Below are positions 20,274 through 31,183 of a stretch of 32,000 bases of DNA, piece after piece. Source of the DNA: Corynebacterium glutamicum ATCC 13032. GTDB lineage: Bacteria; Actinomycetota; Actinomycetes; Mycobacteriales; Mycobacteriaceae. Location of the stretch: NCBI RefSeq assembly GCF_000011325.1, contig NC_003450.3, forward strand, positions 2,190,001 to 2,222,000, in the 5' to 3' direction. The translations under genes and the position numbers were made by a program. Positions within the stretch are counted from its first letter, which is position 1, and each line of letters begins with the position of its first letter. The notes under the pieces were generated by a model. It searched no databases and had not been told where the DNA came from. It saw only the letters and a program-made list of their open reading frames with translations.

Positions 20274-21046
20274 TTCCGCACCTCAAATCCTGCATCTTTA
20301 ATGGCTCCCTTTACTTCGGCGATGGTTACTTCGCGGAAGTGGAAAATGGTCGCGGCAAGCACTGCGTTGGCGCCAGCTGCAACAGCTGGTGGGAAATGCT
20401 CCGCCTTGCCAGCGCCGCCGGAGGCGATTACAGGAATGGATACGGCTGCGCGAACTTTTTCCAGCAGCTCTAGGTCAAAGCCGTTTTTGGTGCCGTCGCC
20501 GTCCATGGAGTTGAGCAGAATTTCGCCAACGCCCAGCTCTTCGCCGCGCTTTGCCCACTCGATTGCATCAAGTTCTGCGGACTTGGAACCGCCGTGGGTG
20601 GTGACTTCAAAACCAGATGGCTGAGGAGTTCCACCTTCAGGAACGCGCCTGGCATCCACAGACAACACGATGCACTGAGCACCAAAACGCTTGGACAGCT
20701 CTGACAGCAGTTCTGGACGGGCAATCGCAGACGTGTTCACCGAAACCTTGTCGGCGCCAGCGCGCAGCAATTGATCAACATCTTCTTCGCTGCGCACGCC
20801 GCCACCGACAGTCAGAGGGATGAACACCTGATCAGCGGTGCGTCGAACAACATCCAGCATGGTGCCGCGACCATGCTTCGAGGCGGTGACATCCAGGAAG
20901 GTCAGCTCATCTGCCCCTTCCTCGTCATAGCGCTTTGCCAACTCCACAGGATCGCCAGCATCGCGGAGGTTTTCAAAGTTCACGCCTTTAACAACCCGGC
21001 CGTTGTCCACGTCCAGGCAAGGAATAACTCGAATTGCCACGCCCAT
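20270..21046 (-). CDS. hisF: Imidazole glycerol phosphate synthase, cyclase subunit
   Basis: HisF hallmarks: [17 protein letters not shown], and ASGGAG near the C-terminus. The start is set at ATG 21046 ([13 protein letters not shown]), one nt after the impA TAA stop. The longest ORF reaches 21064. Confidence 0.95.
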   Translation of the reverse strand: MGVAIRVIPCLDVDNGRVVKGVNFENLRDAGDPVELAKRYDEEGADELTFLDVTASKHGRGTMLDVVRRTADQVFIPLTVGGGVRSEEDVDQLLRAGADKVSVNTSAIARPELLSELSKRFGAQCIVLSVDARRVPEGGTPQPSGFEVTTHGGSKSAELDAIEWAKRGEELGVGEILLNSMDGDGTKNGFDLELLEKVRAAVSIPVIASGGAGKAEHFPPAVAAGANAVLAATIFHFREVTIAEVKGAIKDAGFEVRK

Positions 21047-21047
21047 T

Positions 21048-21875
21048 TTACTTGTACTCCTCATTTAACGACTGGTCATTACCTGCATCTGCATGCATCA
21101 ACCGAACTTTTTCAATCTTACTTAACAGCACATCGTGAGCCCTTTTTGTTCCGGCCACGACTCCCCTACCTGGTGCCCACGGATGGCCTTCGGTGTCAGT
21201 AACTTGTGCACCAGCAGCGCGCATCAACATCACGCCTGCGGAATTGTCCCAAACATGAGGACTAAACGATACGCATGCTCCAAAAATGCCCTGCGCAGTG
21301 AACGCGAGATCAACACCCACCGAACCTGTAATGCGGGGACGAAGATACGATTCCGTGAGCTCGGTCAGAAGATCCCGACGCAACTCCACAGGAAACGCTG
21401 TATTGCGCGGGGAGGCCATGGAACTAAAACCAATGTGGGATACCAAACTGGATTGTTCTTGCAATGGTTCCTGAGGTTCACCGTTGATCATCAGCGGTGA
21501 ACCTTCAAAAGCGGTGAGGCGTTTACCCAGCATGGGCATGGAGGTAATACCCAGGACGGGCTGGTCGTCGACAAGCAAAGACACCAGGATCGCGCTCATC
21601 GGGTTGGACGCCGCGAAGTTGGCGGTGCCGTCGATGGGATCAATCACCCAGCGCGTGCCGGAGGTCGCACCGCCACCTTCTTCACCGATGACAGCAATGC
21701 CTGTCATCATGTTCAGCATCGAACGCATATGGGATTCGATGGCCATATCCACTTCCGTGGCAAAATCCCCCGGGGATTTCATATGGGCAGGTGCAGCTCC
21801 GAAGCCCTGCATGAAGAGGGCTTCGGCATCATCTACAACGGCCTCCGCAATGGCCAACATCCCACGAGCATCCAT
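21048..21875 (-). CDS. impA: Inositol-monophosphatase-family protein embedded in the his cluster
   Basis: IMPase-family motifs are present: [18 protein letters not shown] and WDNSAG. The gene is tightly packed between hisA (3-nt gap) and hisF (1-nt gap). Confidence 0.88.
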   Translation of the reverse strand: MDARGMLAIAEAVVDDAEALFMQGFGAAPAHMKSPGDFATEVDMAIESHMRSMLNMMTGIAVIGEEGGGATSGTRWVIDPIDGTANFAASNPMSAILVSLLVDDQPVLGITSMPMLGKRLTAFEGSPLMINGEPQEPLQEQSSLVSHIGFSSMASPRNTAFPVELRRDLLTELTESYLRPRITGSVGVDLAFTAQGIFGACVSFSPHVWDNSAGVMLMRAAGAQVTDTEGHPWAPGRGVVAGTKRAHDVLLSKIEKVRLMHADAGNDQSLNEEYK

Positions 21876-21878
21876 GTA

Positions 21879-22619
21879 TTAACCGAGCTTTTCTACTGCA
21901 GCCAAAGCCTCTTCGAGGGTGAACTTGTGCTCATAAAGTGCCTTGCCAATGATGACGGAATCAATGCCCTCATCCTGGTACTTGGCTAGTTCCAAAACAT
22001 CTTCCAAAACAGAAATTCCACCAGATGCCACGATAGGTGCGTCTGTAGCTGCAGCAACCTCACGCAGCAGCTCAACATTTGGACCACTCAAGGTGCCGTC
22101 CTTGGACACATCGGTAACCACGAAACGTGCACAACCTTGGGAATCCAAACGCTCGAGAACTTCCCACAGATCGCCACCATCGGAGACCCAACCGTTTCCA
22201 CGGGTGCGCCATTCACCATCTTCCAAACGCACAGCGATATCGACAGCAATCTTCTCGCCATAGCGTTGAATCGCAGAAGCAATCCACTCTGGCTTCTCCA
22301 GAGCAGCGGTACCAATGTTTACACGACGTGCACCGGTTGCCAGCGCGCGCTCCAGAGACTCATCATCACGGATACCGCCAGTGAGCTCCACATCAACATC
22401 GAGCTTGCCGACAATTTCCGCCATCATCTCATGGTTGGAACCACGGTTGAACGCTGCGTCCAGGTCCACAAAGTGCAACCACTTTGCACCCTGCTCCTGC
22501 CACTTCAGTGCGGATTCCAAAGGGGTGCCATAAGACTTTTCAGTGCCGGCCTCGCCCTGATCTAGGCGAACTGCTTGTCCGTTAACTACATCGACTGCAG
22601 GAAGAATAGTGAAGGTCAT
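21879..22619 (-). CDS. hisA: ProFAR isomerase (HisA / PriA lineage)
   Basis: 246-aa (beta-alpha)8 HisA sequence: [21 protein letters not shown], and SGGIS near the C-terminus. Confidence 0.95.
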   Translation of the reverse strand: MTFTILPAVDVVNGQAVRLDQGEAGTEKSYGTPLESALKWQEQGAKWLHFVDLDAAFNRGSNHEMMAEIVGKLDVDVELTGGIRDDESLERALATGARRVNIGTAALEKPEWIASAIQRYGEKIAVDIAVRLEDGEWRTRGNGWVSDGGDLWEVLERLDSQGCARFVVTDVSKDGTLSGPNVELLREVAAATDAPIVASGGISVLEDVLELAKYQDEGIDSVIIGKALYEHKFTLEEALAAVEKLG

Positions 22620-22637
22620 GAATATTGATCCTATCTG

Positions 22638-23273
22638 TTAGATGTAGTTGATCCAGTTTCGCAGTAGCTGTGCGCCTGCGTCACCTGATTTTTCTGGGTG
22701 GAATTGAGTAGCCCACAGCGTGCCGTTTTCCACAGCTGCCACAAAACGATCATTTTCGTGCTTCGCCCACACAACCTCTGGAGGCGTGGTCAGATCGTCG
22801 GTTTCCAACGTCCACTTGCGCACACCATAGGAGTGCACGAAGTAGAAACGCTCATCAGGTGAAATTCCCTCAAACATTGGTGAGTTGGTAGGCATTTCAA
22901 GTGTGTTCCACCCCATGTGAGGCAGGATCTCCGCTTGGAGGCGTTCCACTTTGCCAGGCCACTCGCCGCAACCAGCTGACTTAATGCCGTGCTCATCGCC
23001 TTCATCGAACAGGATCTGCATGCCCACACAAATACCCATCACTGGACGTCCACCAGCAAGACGCTGTCCGATAATGCGATGTCCGAAGACGTTTTTCAAA
23101 CCCTTCATGCAGGCATCAAATGCGCCCACTCCAGGAACTAGGAGGCCATCAGCGTTGGTGCAAACTTCTGGATCGGAGCTCACGATAACTTCTGCACCGG
23201 CACGCTCTAGTGCGCGTTGAGCAGAACGAAGGTTTCCAGATCCGTAGTCGAGAAGGGCGACAGTTTTGGTCAT
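22638..23273 (-). CDS. hisH: Imidazole glycerol phosphate synthase, glutamine amidotransferase subunit
   Basis: 211-aa class-I GATase with the nucleophile elbow GICVGMQ and the C-terminal FHPEKS catalytic His/Glu. Confidence 0.95.
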   Translation of the reverse strand: MTKTVALLDYGSGNLRSAQRALERAGAEVIVSSDPEVCTNADGLLVPGVGAFDACMKGLKNVFGHRIIGQRLAGGRPVMGICVGMQILFDEGDEHGIKSAGCGEWPGKVERLQAEILPHMGWNTLEMPTNSPMFEGISPDERFYFVHSYGVRKWTLETDDLTTPPEVVWAKHENDRFVAAVENGTLWATQFHPEKSGDAGAQLLRNWINYI

Positions 23274-23279
23274 GCCGAT

Positions 23280-23285
23280 AGTTTA
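23280..23285 (-). promoter_or_regulatory. Candidate -10 hexamer (TAAACT) for a leaderless hisH transcript
   Basis: The minus strand reads CATAAACTATCGGC-ATG. TAAACT ends 6 nt before the hisH ATG and there is no Shine-Dalgarno sequence upstream. This is consistent with leaderless initiation but is a prediction only. Confidence 0.35.
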
Positions 23286-23597
23286 TGTCACGTGCTTTCA
23301 GGATCAAGAACCGCAGTCGAGTTTCTTTCTCCCCAAAAGGGTTTTATATCCACCACACTGGCCTAGCTGCGATAAAAGGCGATAAGCATCTCTCAAGTGG
23401 GTTCCTTTAGATTTAAAACCCGCGGTACGCAAAACCCCAATGGCGTTACAAAGAAAACTAACCGCCTTCCCTTCCTGAGAATGACGGCTAGTCGTGATTC
23501 TAAAATTCTATCCCAGTAGAAACAAAGCCTCTAATCTAAGACAAGATATACGCCTTACAACGGTATTTTGGCGAGACTCCTGCGCTCGTCAAGTTTT

Positions 23598-23800
23598 TGA
23601 GACAGCTTGATTGATTTTTCTTCTTACGCTGCTGCTAATCCATACTGCTGCTGATATGCGGTCAAAGCACTAGCCGGTGAGAGCCCCTGGTTATTGCTAT
23701 GCGGGCGGCGCCGGTTGTGACCTGCCCCTCGATGTACTCCATCACCGCGGTTCGGGCGCATCTAAACTTGGTTGCTCTTCATAGTCCAGCCCCTCTTTTA
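23598..23800 (-). mobile_element. Degenerate remnant of an IS3-family transposase (OrfB C-terminus) with a putative terminal repeat
   Basis: My minus-strand translation gives FRCARTAVMEYIEG (23766..23725). After a frameshift it gives HNRRRPHSNNQGLSPASALTAYQQQYGLAAA-stop (23719..23624). This resembles the conserved IS3 OrfB C-terminus (...EAR.A.FEYIE.FYN..R.HS.LGY.SP..F). There is an upstream in-frame stop. TGAGACAGC... starting at 23598 could be the TG-initiated terminal inverted repeat. The right boundary is uncertain. Confidence 0.55.
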
Positions 23801-24317
23801 ATACCTGAGACCTTAGTTAGCGATGAAGGTATAAATCCGTAGATAGGTTAGCAATTTTCATCTCACCAGACTGAGATCACTTCTTTATTGGTTTCAAGAA
23901 ACGACTTAAGGCCGGGAAAGAGTCCAGATGGTTTCTCGATGGTCATTATTTCATTGCCTAGACAGATTTCTGGGCGCGAGGAAAACACACTCTCCAGATC
24001 TTTAGAAACAGACCAAGGACCTCATTTCACTCCGCAAATAGGGGTTTGCATTTCAAAATGCCAGATCACATTCCCCCACCTAACACATCTACACCTAACT
24101 CAATTCAGTATGGATTAAGGGAAGTAGACGGAATATTTCACCTTGGCGAACTACCGCCGGGATACCTTGGTGGACGCATTCCTAAAGTCCACATCAGCAA
24201 TTTTCGCATTTCCGAGTTTAATGAGGCTCTGAGTTCAGTGTCGCCATAAGTTCATCAATTCGCGGGTTTATGCCAGCGGGTTGGTGGGCCAAGTAAGGGG
24301 TGGCGTCGAAAAGCGTT

Positions 24318-25634
24318 TTAGCGATCTTTGCGCCTGTTGCGCAGCCCTTGCACTGCACGCCGAGCGACTGGCACCTGGCGCAAACGCGCGCGGGTGTTGT
24401 TGTATTCAGTAATGCGGTGCCGCCCAATGATTCGATCGGCGGTGGTCAAAACGATTCCAAACAAAATCACCACGGCTCCGGAACCAAAAGCACCACTGTA
24501 AGCAAGCGATGCGGCAACTATGCCAAGGAGGAAGCTTCCGATTCCTGTTCCCGAATCAAAGGCGATATTCCAGATGGCGGAGGCTTCGGAGACTCTAGTG
24601 CGAGGAAGCCGGAAAAACATTGAAAGCAACGCTTCGTTTTGCACCATGCCAAAAGCACCACCAAACATCACTGCACCTATAATCAAAAGCCACACGGACC
24701 AGCCTTGGAAGATTGTGACGGTGATTAAAACGACACCTAAGAACCCAATGATCTGAGCAGGAATCATCGTGGTACCAGGCACACCGCGGCGGTCAGCGAT
24801 AACGCCGGACAGGTAGCGGAACACCATTGAAGAACCACCGGTAATGGATAAAATAATACCCGCTAATGCAGCACCTAATCCTGGATCTAACTCAATGACT
24901 GCAGCTGGAAGGAATGAAGACACTGCGCCAAAAGTCATTGACAAACTGGTAACAGCCAAGGAGGGAACCAGCACCAACTTCCAGGTGGAAACAGAACGCT
25001 CCTGTTCGCTCACCTGTGGTTGCTGCTTTGCCGCTGCCTTAACCTGCGGAATACGCAGACACATCACCGCTGCAACTAGTGCGATAACGGCACCTAAAAC
25101 ATAGACCACGTTGTAGCCAAATTGGTCACCTAACGCCAACCCGGCAGGCAGGAAAAGCATTTGGGAAAGGCCAATAAATACGCCCAACATTCCAGAAGCT
25201 TTGCCCAAGAAGCGTACGGGAACGAGTTCAGCCACCAACGCAGATTCTGCGACGGTGAGCGCACCGAACCCAATTCCTCGAAGTGCGGACACTACCAGCA
25301 CTGGAATTGGCTCGACGCTGAAGATGTACCCGATGGCTGGCACACCCAGCATGAATGCGGCGAAAGCCATCACTGGGGTGTAGCCAATTTTCCGCAGCGC
25401 AGCGGGAGTGAAAATCTGAGTGATCACTGTAGCTGCCATGAAGATGCCAGTGGTGGCACCGGCGACAGCGCTTGATCCGCCGTTGTTGAGGACCGCTAGC
25501 GGTACGACGGGAAGAAGGAGTGACCAACTGCCGAACGCTGCTGCAACCGCCACGAGGACAGCCACGAAACCTGGGCTTTTCCACATGCTGGGAAGTTGCT
25601 CAATGTCAGCGCGTGTTAAAGCCCGTGATTCCAA
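24318..25634 (-). CDS. MFS transporter (12-TM, drug-efflux-like)
   Basis: 438-aa ORF, hydrophobic throughout with about 12 predicted helices and a basic C-terminal tail. The TTG start at 25634 is 1 nt after the upstream stop; an alternative ATG is at 25586 (MWKSPGF). Confidence 0.8.
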   Translation of the reverse strand: MESRALTRADIEQLPSMWKSPGFVAVLVAVAAAFGSWSLLLPVVPLAVLNNGGSSAVAGATTGIFMAATVITQIFTPAALRKIGYTPVMAFAAFMLGVPAIGYIFSVEPIPVLVVSALRGIGFGALTVAESALVAELVPVRFLGKASGMLGVFIGLSQMLFLPAGLALGDQFGYNVVYVLGAVIALVAAVMCLRIPQVKAAAKQQPQVSEQERSVSTWKLVLVPSLAVTSLSMTFGAVSSFLPAAVIELDPGLGAALAGIILSITGGSSMVFRYLSGVIADRRGVPGTTMIPAQIIGFLGVVLITVTIFQGWSVWLLIIGAVMFGGAFGMVQNEALLSMFFRLPRTRVSEASAIWNIAFDSGTGIGSFLLGIVAASLAYSGAFGSGAVVILFGIVLTTADRIIGRHRITEYNNTRARLRQVPVARRAVQGLRNRRKDR

Positions 25635-25635
25635 A

Positions 25636-25863
25636 TTAAGTCATCTCTCCCAACAACCATAGAATTCCTCCAGCCACTGCCAGCACTGCGATGAGGCCGG
25701 CTGCAACCATGAGGATTTTGTTTTCTGATTTATATGCAGACCAGGCACCGCCAAAGAAAAGCCCGGCGATGAGGAACAAACCATAAATAAACCATCGGTC
25801 GCCCGCATCTGGTTCGTTCTGCACAGCCGCAGTGACCATATCAGAGATGGGAGAAGAGTTCAT
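25636..25863 (-). CDS. Small two-helix membrane protein
   Basis: 75-aa ORF wedged between the hisB stop (2-nt gap) and the MFS start. It has two clear hydrophobic helices (WFIYGLFLIAGLFFGGAW; ILMVAAGLIAVLAVAGGILWLL). Confidence 0.6.
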   Translation of the reverse strand: MNSSPISDMVTAAVQNEPDAGDRWFIYGLFLIAGLFFGGAWSAYKSENKILMVAAGLIAVLAVAGGILWLLGEMT

Positions 25864-25865
25864 GT

Positions 25866-26474
25866 CTAGAGCGCTCCCTTAGTGGATGGGATTCCTGTTT
25901 GACGAGGATCCATCTCTACGGCACCGCGCAGCGCACGGGCAACAGCCTTGTACTCTGCTTCGGTGATGTGGTGAGGGTCGCGGCCGTAGTGGCAGATCAC
26001 GTGGAGGGTGATTCGGGAGTTGAGCGCGAGGGTTTCAAAGAAGTGCTCGTTGATCACGGTTGCGTAGTGTCCACCGATCACGGAGGTGATCATGTGGTCT
26101 GGTTCGCCGGAGATCACGAAGTATGGGCGACCGGAGATATCCACCACGGACTCCACTAATGCCTCATCCATGGGCAGCTGGCAGGATGCGAAACGGCGGA
26201 TGCCTTTCTTGTCGCCAATAGCGTCAAGGAGTGCTTGGCCGAGCACGATGGCGGTATCTTCCACGGTGTGGTGTGCGTCGATCTCGATGTCGCCCTTGGC
26301 ATGGACTTTCAGATCAAAACTGCCGTGCACGCCGAATGCAGTGAGCATGTGGTCGAAAAATGGCAGGCCGGTATCGATATCTACTTTGCCGGTGCCGTCC
26401 AGGTTGATCTCGACGGTGATGTCGGATTCGCTGGTGGTGCGGGTTGCGGTACCAATTCTTGGTGCGACAGTCAT
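25866..26474 (-). CDS. hisB: Imidazoleglycerol-phosphate dehydratase
   Basis: 202-aa monofunctional IGPD with the conserved HH..E and DxHHxxE metal motifs ([29 protein letters not shown]). Confidence 0.95.
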   Translation of the reverse strand: MTVAPRIGTATRTTSESDITVEINLDGTGKVDIDTGLPFFDHMLTAFGVHGSFDLKVHAKGDIEIDAHHTVEDTAIVLGQALLDAIGDKKGIRRFASCQLPMDEALVESVVDISGRPYFVISGEPDHMITSVIGGHYATVINEHFFETLALNSRITLHVICHYGRDPHHITEAEYKAVARALRGAVEMDPRQTGIPSTKGAL

Positions 26475-26490
26475 GAAAAATTCTTCTCTC

Positions 26491-28925
<2,435 letters not shown>

Positions 28926-29158
28926 GGCGAAAAGTTCTCCCTTAAAAGGTTGAATCGAAATTCTTCGAGCTCGGTGCCCGAATCCAAGCGGCCTCAACAC
29001 AAGTTCTTAAGCCCGCATGTTTACCTATTGTATTCCCCACGTAACAAGTTTCTGATTTGGGTACATCAGAGTTCATTTGAATTAGACTTAAAACTTAAAA
29101 TGACCACCCCAGATTTACCTGAATTAAACCCGCTTTCACCTTTGAGATACTGGAAGGA
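28926..29158 (-). promoter_or_regulatory. hisD promoter and long 5' leader with CAU and UGGA elements (reported T-box-like control)
   Basis: 233-bp non-coding gap upstream of hisD. On the minus strand, CAU lies at -94..-92 (29019..29017) and UGGA at -61..-58 (28986..28983) relative to the ATG. These are the positions I recall from published C. glutamicum hisD leader work. Small hairpins include TCTGAT-N8-ATCAGA and TCGAA-GAAT-TTCGA. Confidence 0.6.
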
Positions 29159-30361
29159 ATGGATTTCACCTCTGTGAATGATCGAAACGTCCCTGCACCC
29201 AACACCTCCATTCCTTTCCCAGTTGACCTGAATCGAGTGACGGAGGCTGTTGATTCCTTGGGCTACCACTATTTGAGCTCAGAAGATCGCATCATCGTGC
29301 CGTGGCAAGATCACCGCATTTCGATGTACTTCAGCCACGAATCAGGGCAAATGCTCACCATCCTTGGTCGCACGCGCCTTAATTTGGACATGTTTGCCAT
29401 CAACGATGCGGCGCGAGCTGTCACCGAATGGAATGCCGAACGCATCGGGCCAACAGCCCTCGTCCATCTGGGCAACGACGGCGAAGTGGAATTGAAATTC
29501 CGCACGACCATCTGCATCGATGAAGGGTTAAGCACCCAACAGCTACGCCAATTCATCAACCTGTCCTTGGACACCACCGCCATGGCTGTGACCTATATTC
29601 TGGAGCGTTTTTCAGAACTTAACTTCAGCGACACCGGAAGCCCTGACGACACGAACAATGCCGATGAACTCAGCGACGAACAAGACCAAGCAGATCTCGT
29701 AGAGAAAATCCGGGGGCTGTACGTTCCCACTCCAGTTGAAGAGCTCATCGAATCCCTAGAAGACGCAGAGTGGGAAGAATCAGACATGGCAGACGAGGAT
29801 GCAGAAGACGACTACCTAGACGATGACTCAGAAATCGAATGGGAAACAGACGATGACTACTTCGAACCTGAAGAAGTCGACATGGACGAACTCCTCAACG
29901 GTTTCCTCGAAGATTCTGACATCCCCCAGGAAGTCACCTTGGAACGCATTCGGGCACAACTGCATGCCATCGGCGTGGTAAAAACCAGCGGCGAAGACGA
30001 TTTCATCATCGCGTGGATCAACGAAGTGTTTTTAGGCTTCTTCGTTGATAATGGCCCCACTTTCCTGGTGAAAGGTCACTGGGATCCCAGCATGGACCCC
30101 ACACGCGACTTCATGAAACTGTTCATGATGTGCAATCAGTGGAACGAAAACTCTCTGACTACCAAAGCTTTTTGCCATACTGATGACAAGGGTCTCCAGG
30201 TCCGGGTAGAGTTCGCGGTCTCTGTCGCTGAAGGCCTCAACGACGATCAACTACAGCACAACATCGCACTGTCAATTCATCATATTTTGCAAGCGATTGA
30301 TTCCATCAGCACAGAAGCCACTGGATCATCAACGGTGGAATGGCCGGAGAAAAACCGCTGA
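29159..30361 (+). CDS. Tandem YbjN-like (putative sensory-transduction/chaperone-like) domain protein with a long acidic linker
   Basis: 400-aa ORF. Two similarly organised modules of about 140 aa each, at the N- and C-terminus, both end in ...GL(S/N)..QL...I......A.. They are separated by an extremely D/E-rich segment (EDAEWEESDMADEDAEDDYLDDDSEIEWETDDDYFEPEEVDMDE). Confidence 0.65.
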   Translation: MDFTSVNDRNVPAPNTSIPFPVDLNRVTEAVDSLGYHYLSSEDRIIVPWQDHRISMYFSHESGQMLTILGRTRLNLDMFAINDAARAVTEWNAERIGPTALVHLGNDGEVELKFRTTICIDEGLSTQQLRQFINLSLDTTAMAVTYILERFSELNFSDTGSPDDTNNADELSDEQDQADLVEKIRGLYVPTPVEELIESLEDAEWEESDMADEDAEDDYLDDDSEIEWETDDDYFEPEEVDMDELLNGFLEDSDIPQEVTLERIRAQLHAIGVVKTSGEDDFIIAWINEVFLGFFVDNGPTFLVKGHWDPSMDPTRDFMKLFMMCNQWNENSLTTKAFCHTDDKGLQVRVEFAVSVAEGLNDDQLQHNIALSIHHILQAIDSISTEATGSSTVEWPEKNR

Positions 30362-30401
30362 TCATTAAGGTCTTCCAAGAATGGTCGCTTAGCTTTAGTG
30401 C

Positions 30402-30441
30402 CCACACACCTGATCATGAGGTGTGTGGGTACTTTTGTTTG
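30402..30441 (+). terminator. Intrinsic terminator after the YbjN-like gene
   Basis: Perfect 11-bp stem CCCACACACCT (30402..30412) / AGGTGTGTGGG (30420..30430) with a 7-nt loop, followed by TACTTTTGTTT. Confidence 0.85.
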
Positions 30442-30455
30442 CGCACATCTAGCCC

Positions 30456-31109
30456 CTAGCCACTAGCCCCAGTCATCTCAGACCCCGATGCTTTCGAAGT
30501 CCCCTGGCCTGCGTCGTCCTGGTCTATCTCTTCTTCAGGTGTCACAAATGCCGCGCACCAATACATGCACACACTCAAAAATGGAGCGACCCCAAACGCA
30601 ACACCAGGGGTAATAGTGGGTGCTACCTGGAAAGACGCACCGATCGCTGAGGCGTAATCAGATGGTGAACCATGAAGCATCGTCGAGGCCACGTTTCCAA
30701 ACACCAGGAATGCCACGGAACCTGCGATAGATACAATTCCCAGCCATAGGAGCATAACTGGGCCTCGATGTTGAGGGGTGCGCAGGAAAACGAATAATGC
30801 GATTGCTGCTGCAAGCACACCGGTGGCGATCGCAAACCAGGCATAGCCGGCAAAAGAAGTGTTGGTTTCCACCGCTATGGAGGCTGTTTCAGCGTCTTCA
30901 ACATAAGCGGTATAAGTGGGTCGGAGCAGTCCCCATGCGGCTCCCCCAATGGCGTATAAAGCCAATGTTAGGGCAAACACACCAGCGTAAACTCCCACCG
31001 ATTTGTTTATTTTCTTTCGGTTTGGGAGGTTGCGCTTGTTTCCGGCCCCGTCATCGCCTGTGTATCCATCATAAGGATTGTGGTCAGAGGTGATGCCGGG
31101 GTATGTCAT
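30456..31109 (-). CDS. Integral membrane protein (four helices, hydrophilic N-terminus)
   Basis: 217-aa ORF with a cytoplasmic basic N-terminus (NKRNLPNRKKINK) followed by four hydrophobic helices and an acidic tail. The family is not confidently recognised. Confidence 0.6.
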   Translation of the reverse strand: MTYPGITSDHNPYDGYTGDDGAGNKRNLPNRKKINKSVGVYAGVFALTLALYAIGGAAWGLLRPTYTAYVEDAETASIAVETNTSFAGYAWFAIATGVLAAAIALFVFLRTPQHRGPVMLLWLGIVSIAGSVAFLVFGNVASTMLHGSPSDYASAIGASFQVAPTITPGVAFGVAPFLSVCMYWCAAFVTPEEEIDQDDAGQGTSKASGSEMTGASG

Positions 31110-31183
31110 GGCTCTAAAGAATACAGCCGTTGACTGTTAACTTTGCAACCTGAACTGACAACCGGAGTTTTAAGCTCTGTGGA

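Noticed and set aside
23888-24249. Two overlapping plus-strand ORFs (76 and 67 aa), and a roughly 56-codon minus-strand frame ending near 23862, in the AT-rich spacer
   Set aside because: They have no RBS, no recognisable domains, and atypical composition for this genome. They are most likely chance frames in decayed inserted DNA, but the region is flagged in the IS-scar finding for a homology search.
24218-24427. 69-aa minus-strand ORF overlapping the MFS 3' end
   Set aside because: It is out of frame with and overlaps the well-supported MFS gene, and has no independent support.
28926-29000. N-terminal extensions in the longest-ORF calls (hisD to 29000; also gdh to 6118, glxK from 6784, hisF to 21064, trpC-like to 19167)
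   Set aside because: In each case the internal start has a Shine-Dalgarno-like sequence at proper spacing, and/or matches the conserved family N-terminus, and/or removes an overlap with the neighbouring gene. The extensions encode non-conserved, Arg/Gly-rich peptides.
29101-29110. GGGGUGGUCA in the hisD leader as a canonical T-box core
   Set aside because: It matches only 7 to 8 nt of the T-box consensus and lies upstream of the putative specifier CAU, the reverse of canonical T-box order. It is therefore not accepted as a T-box sequence.
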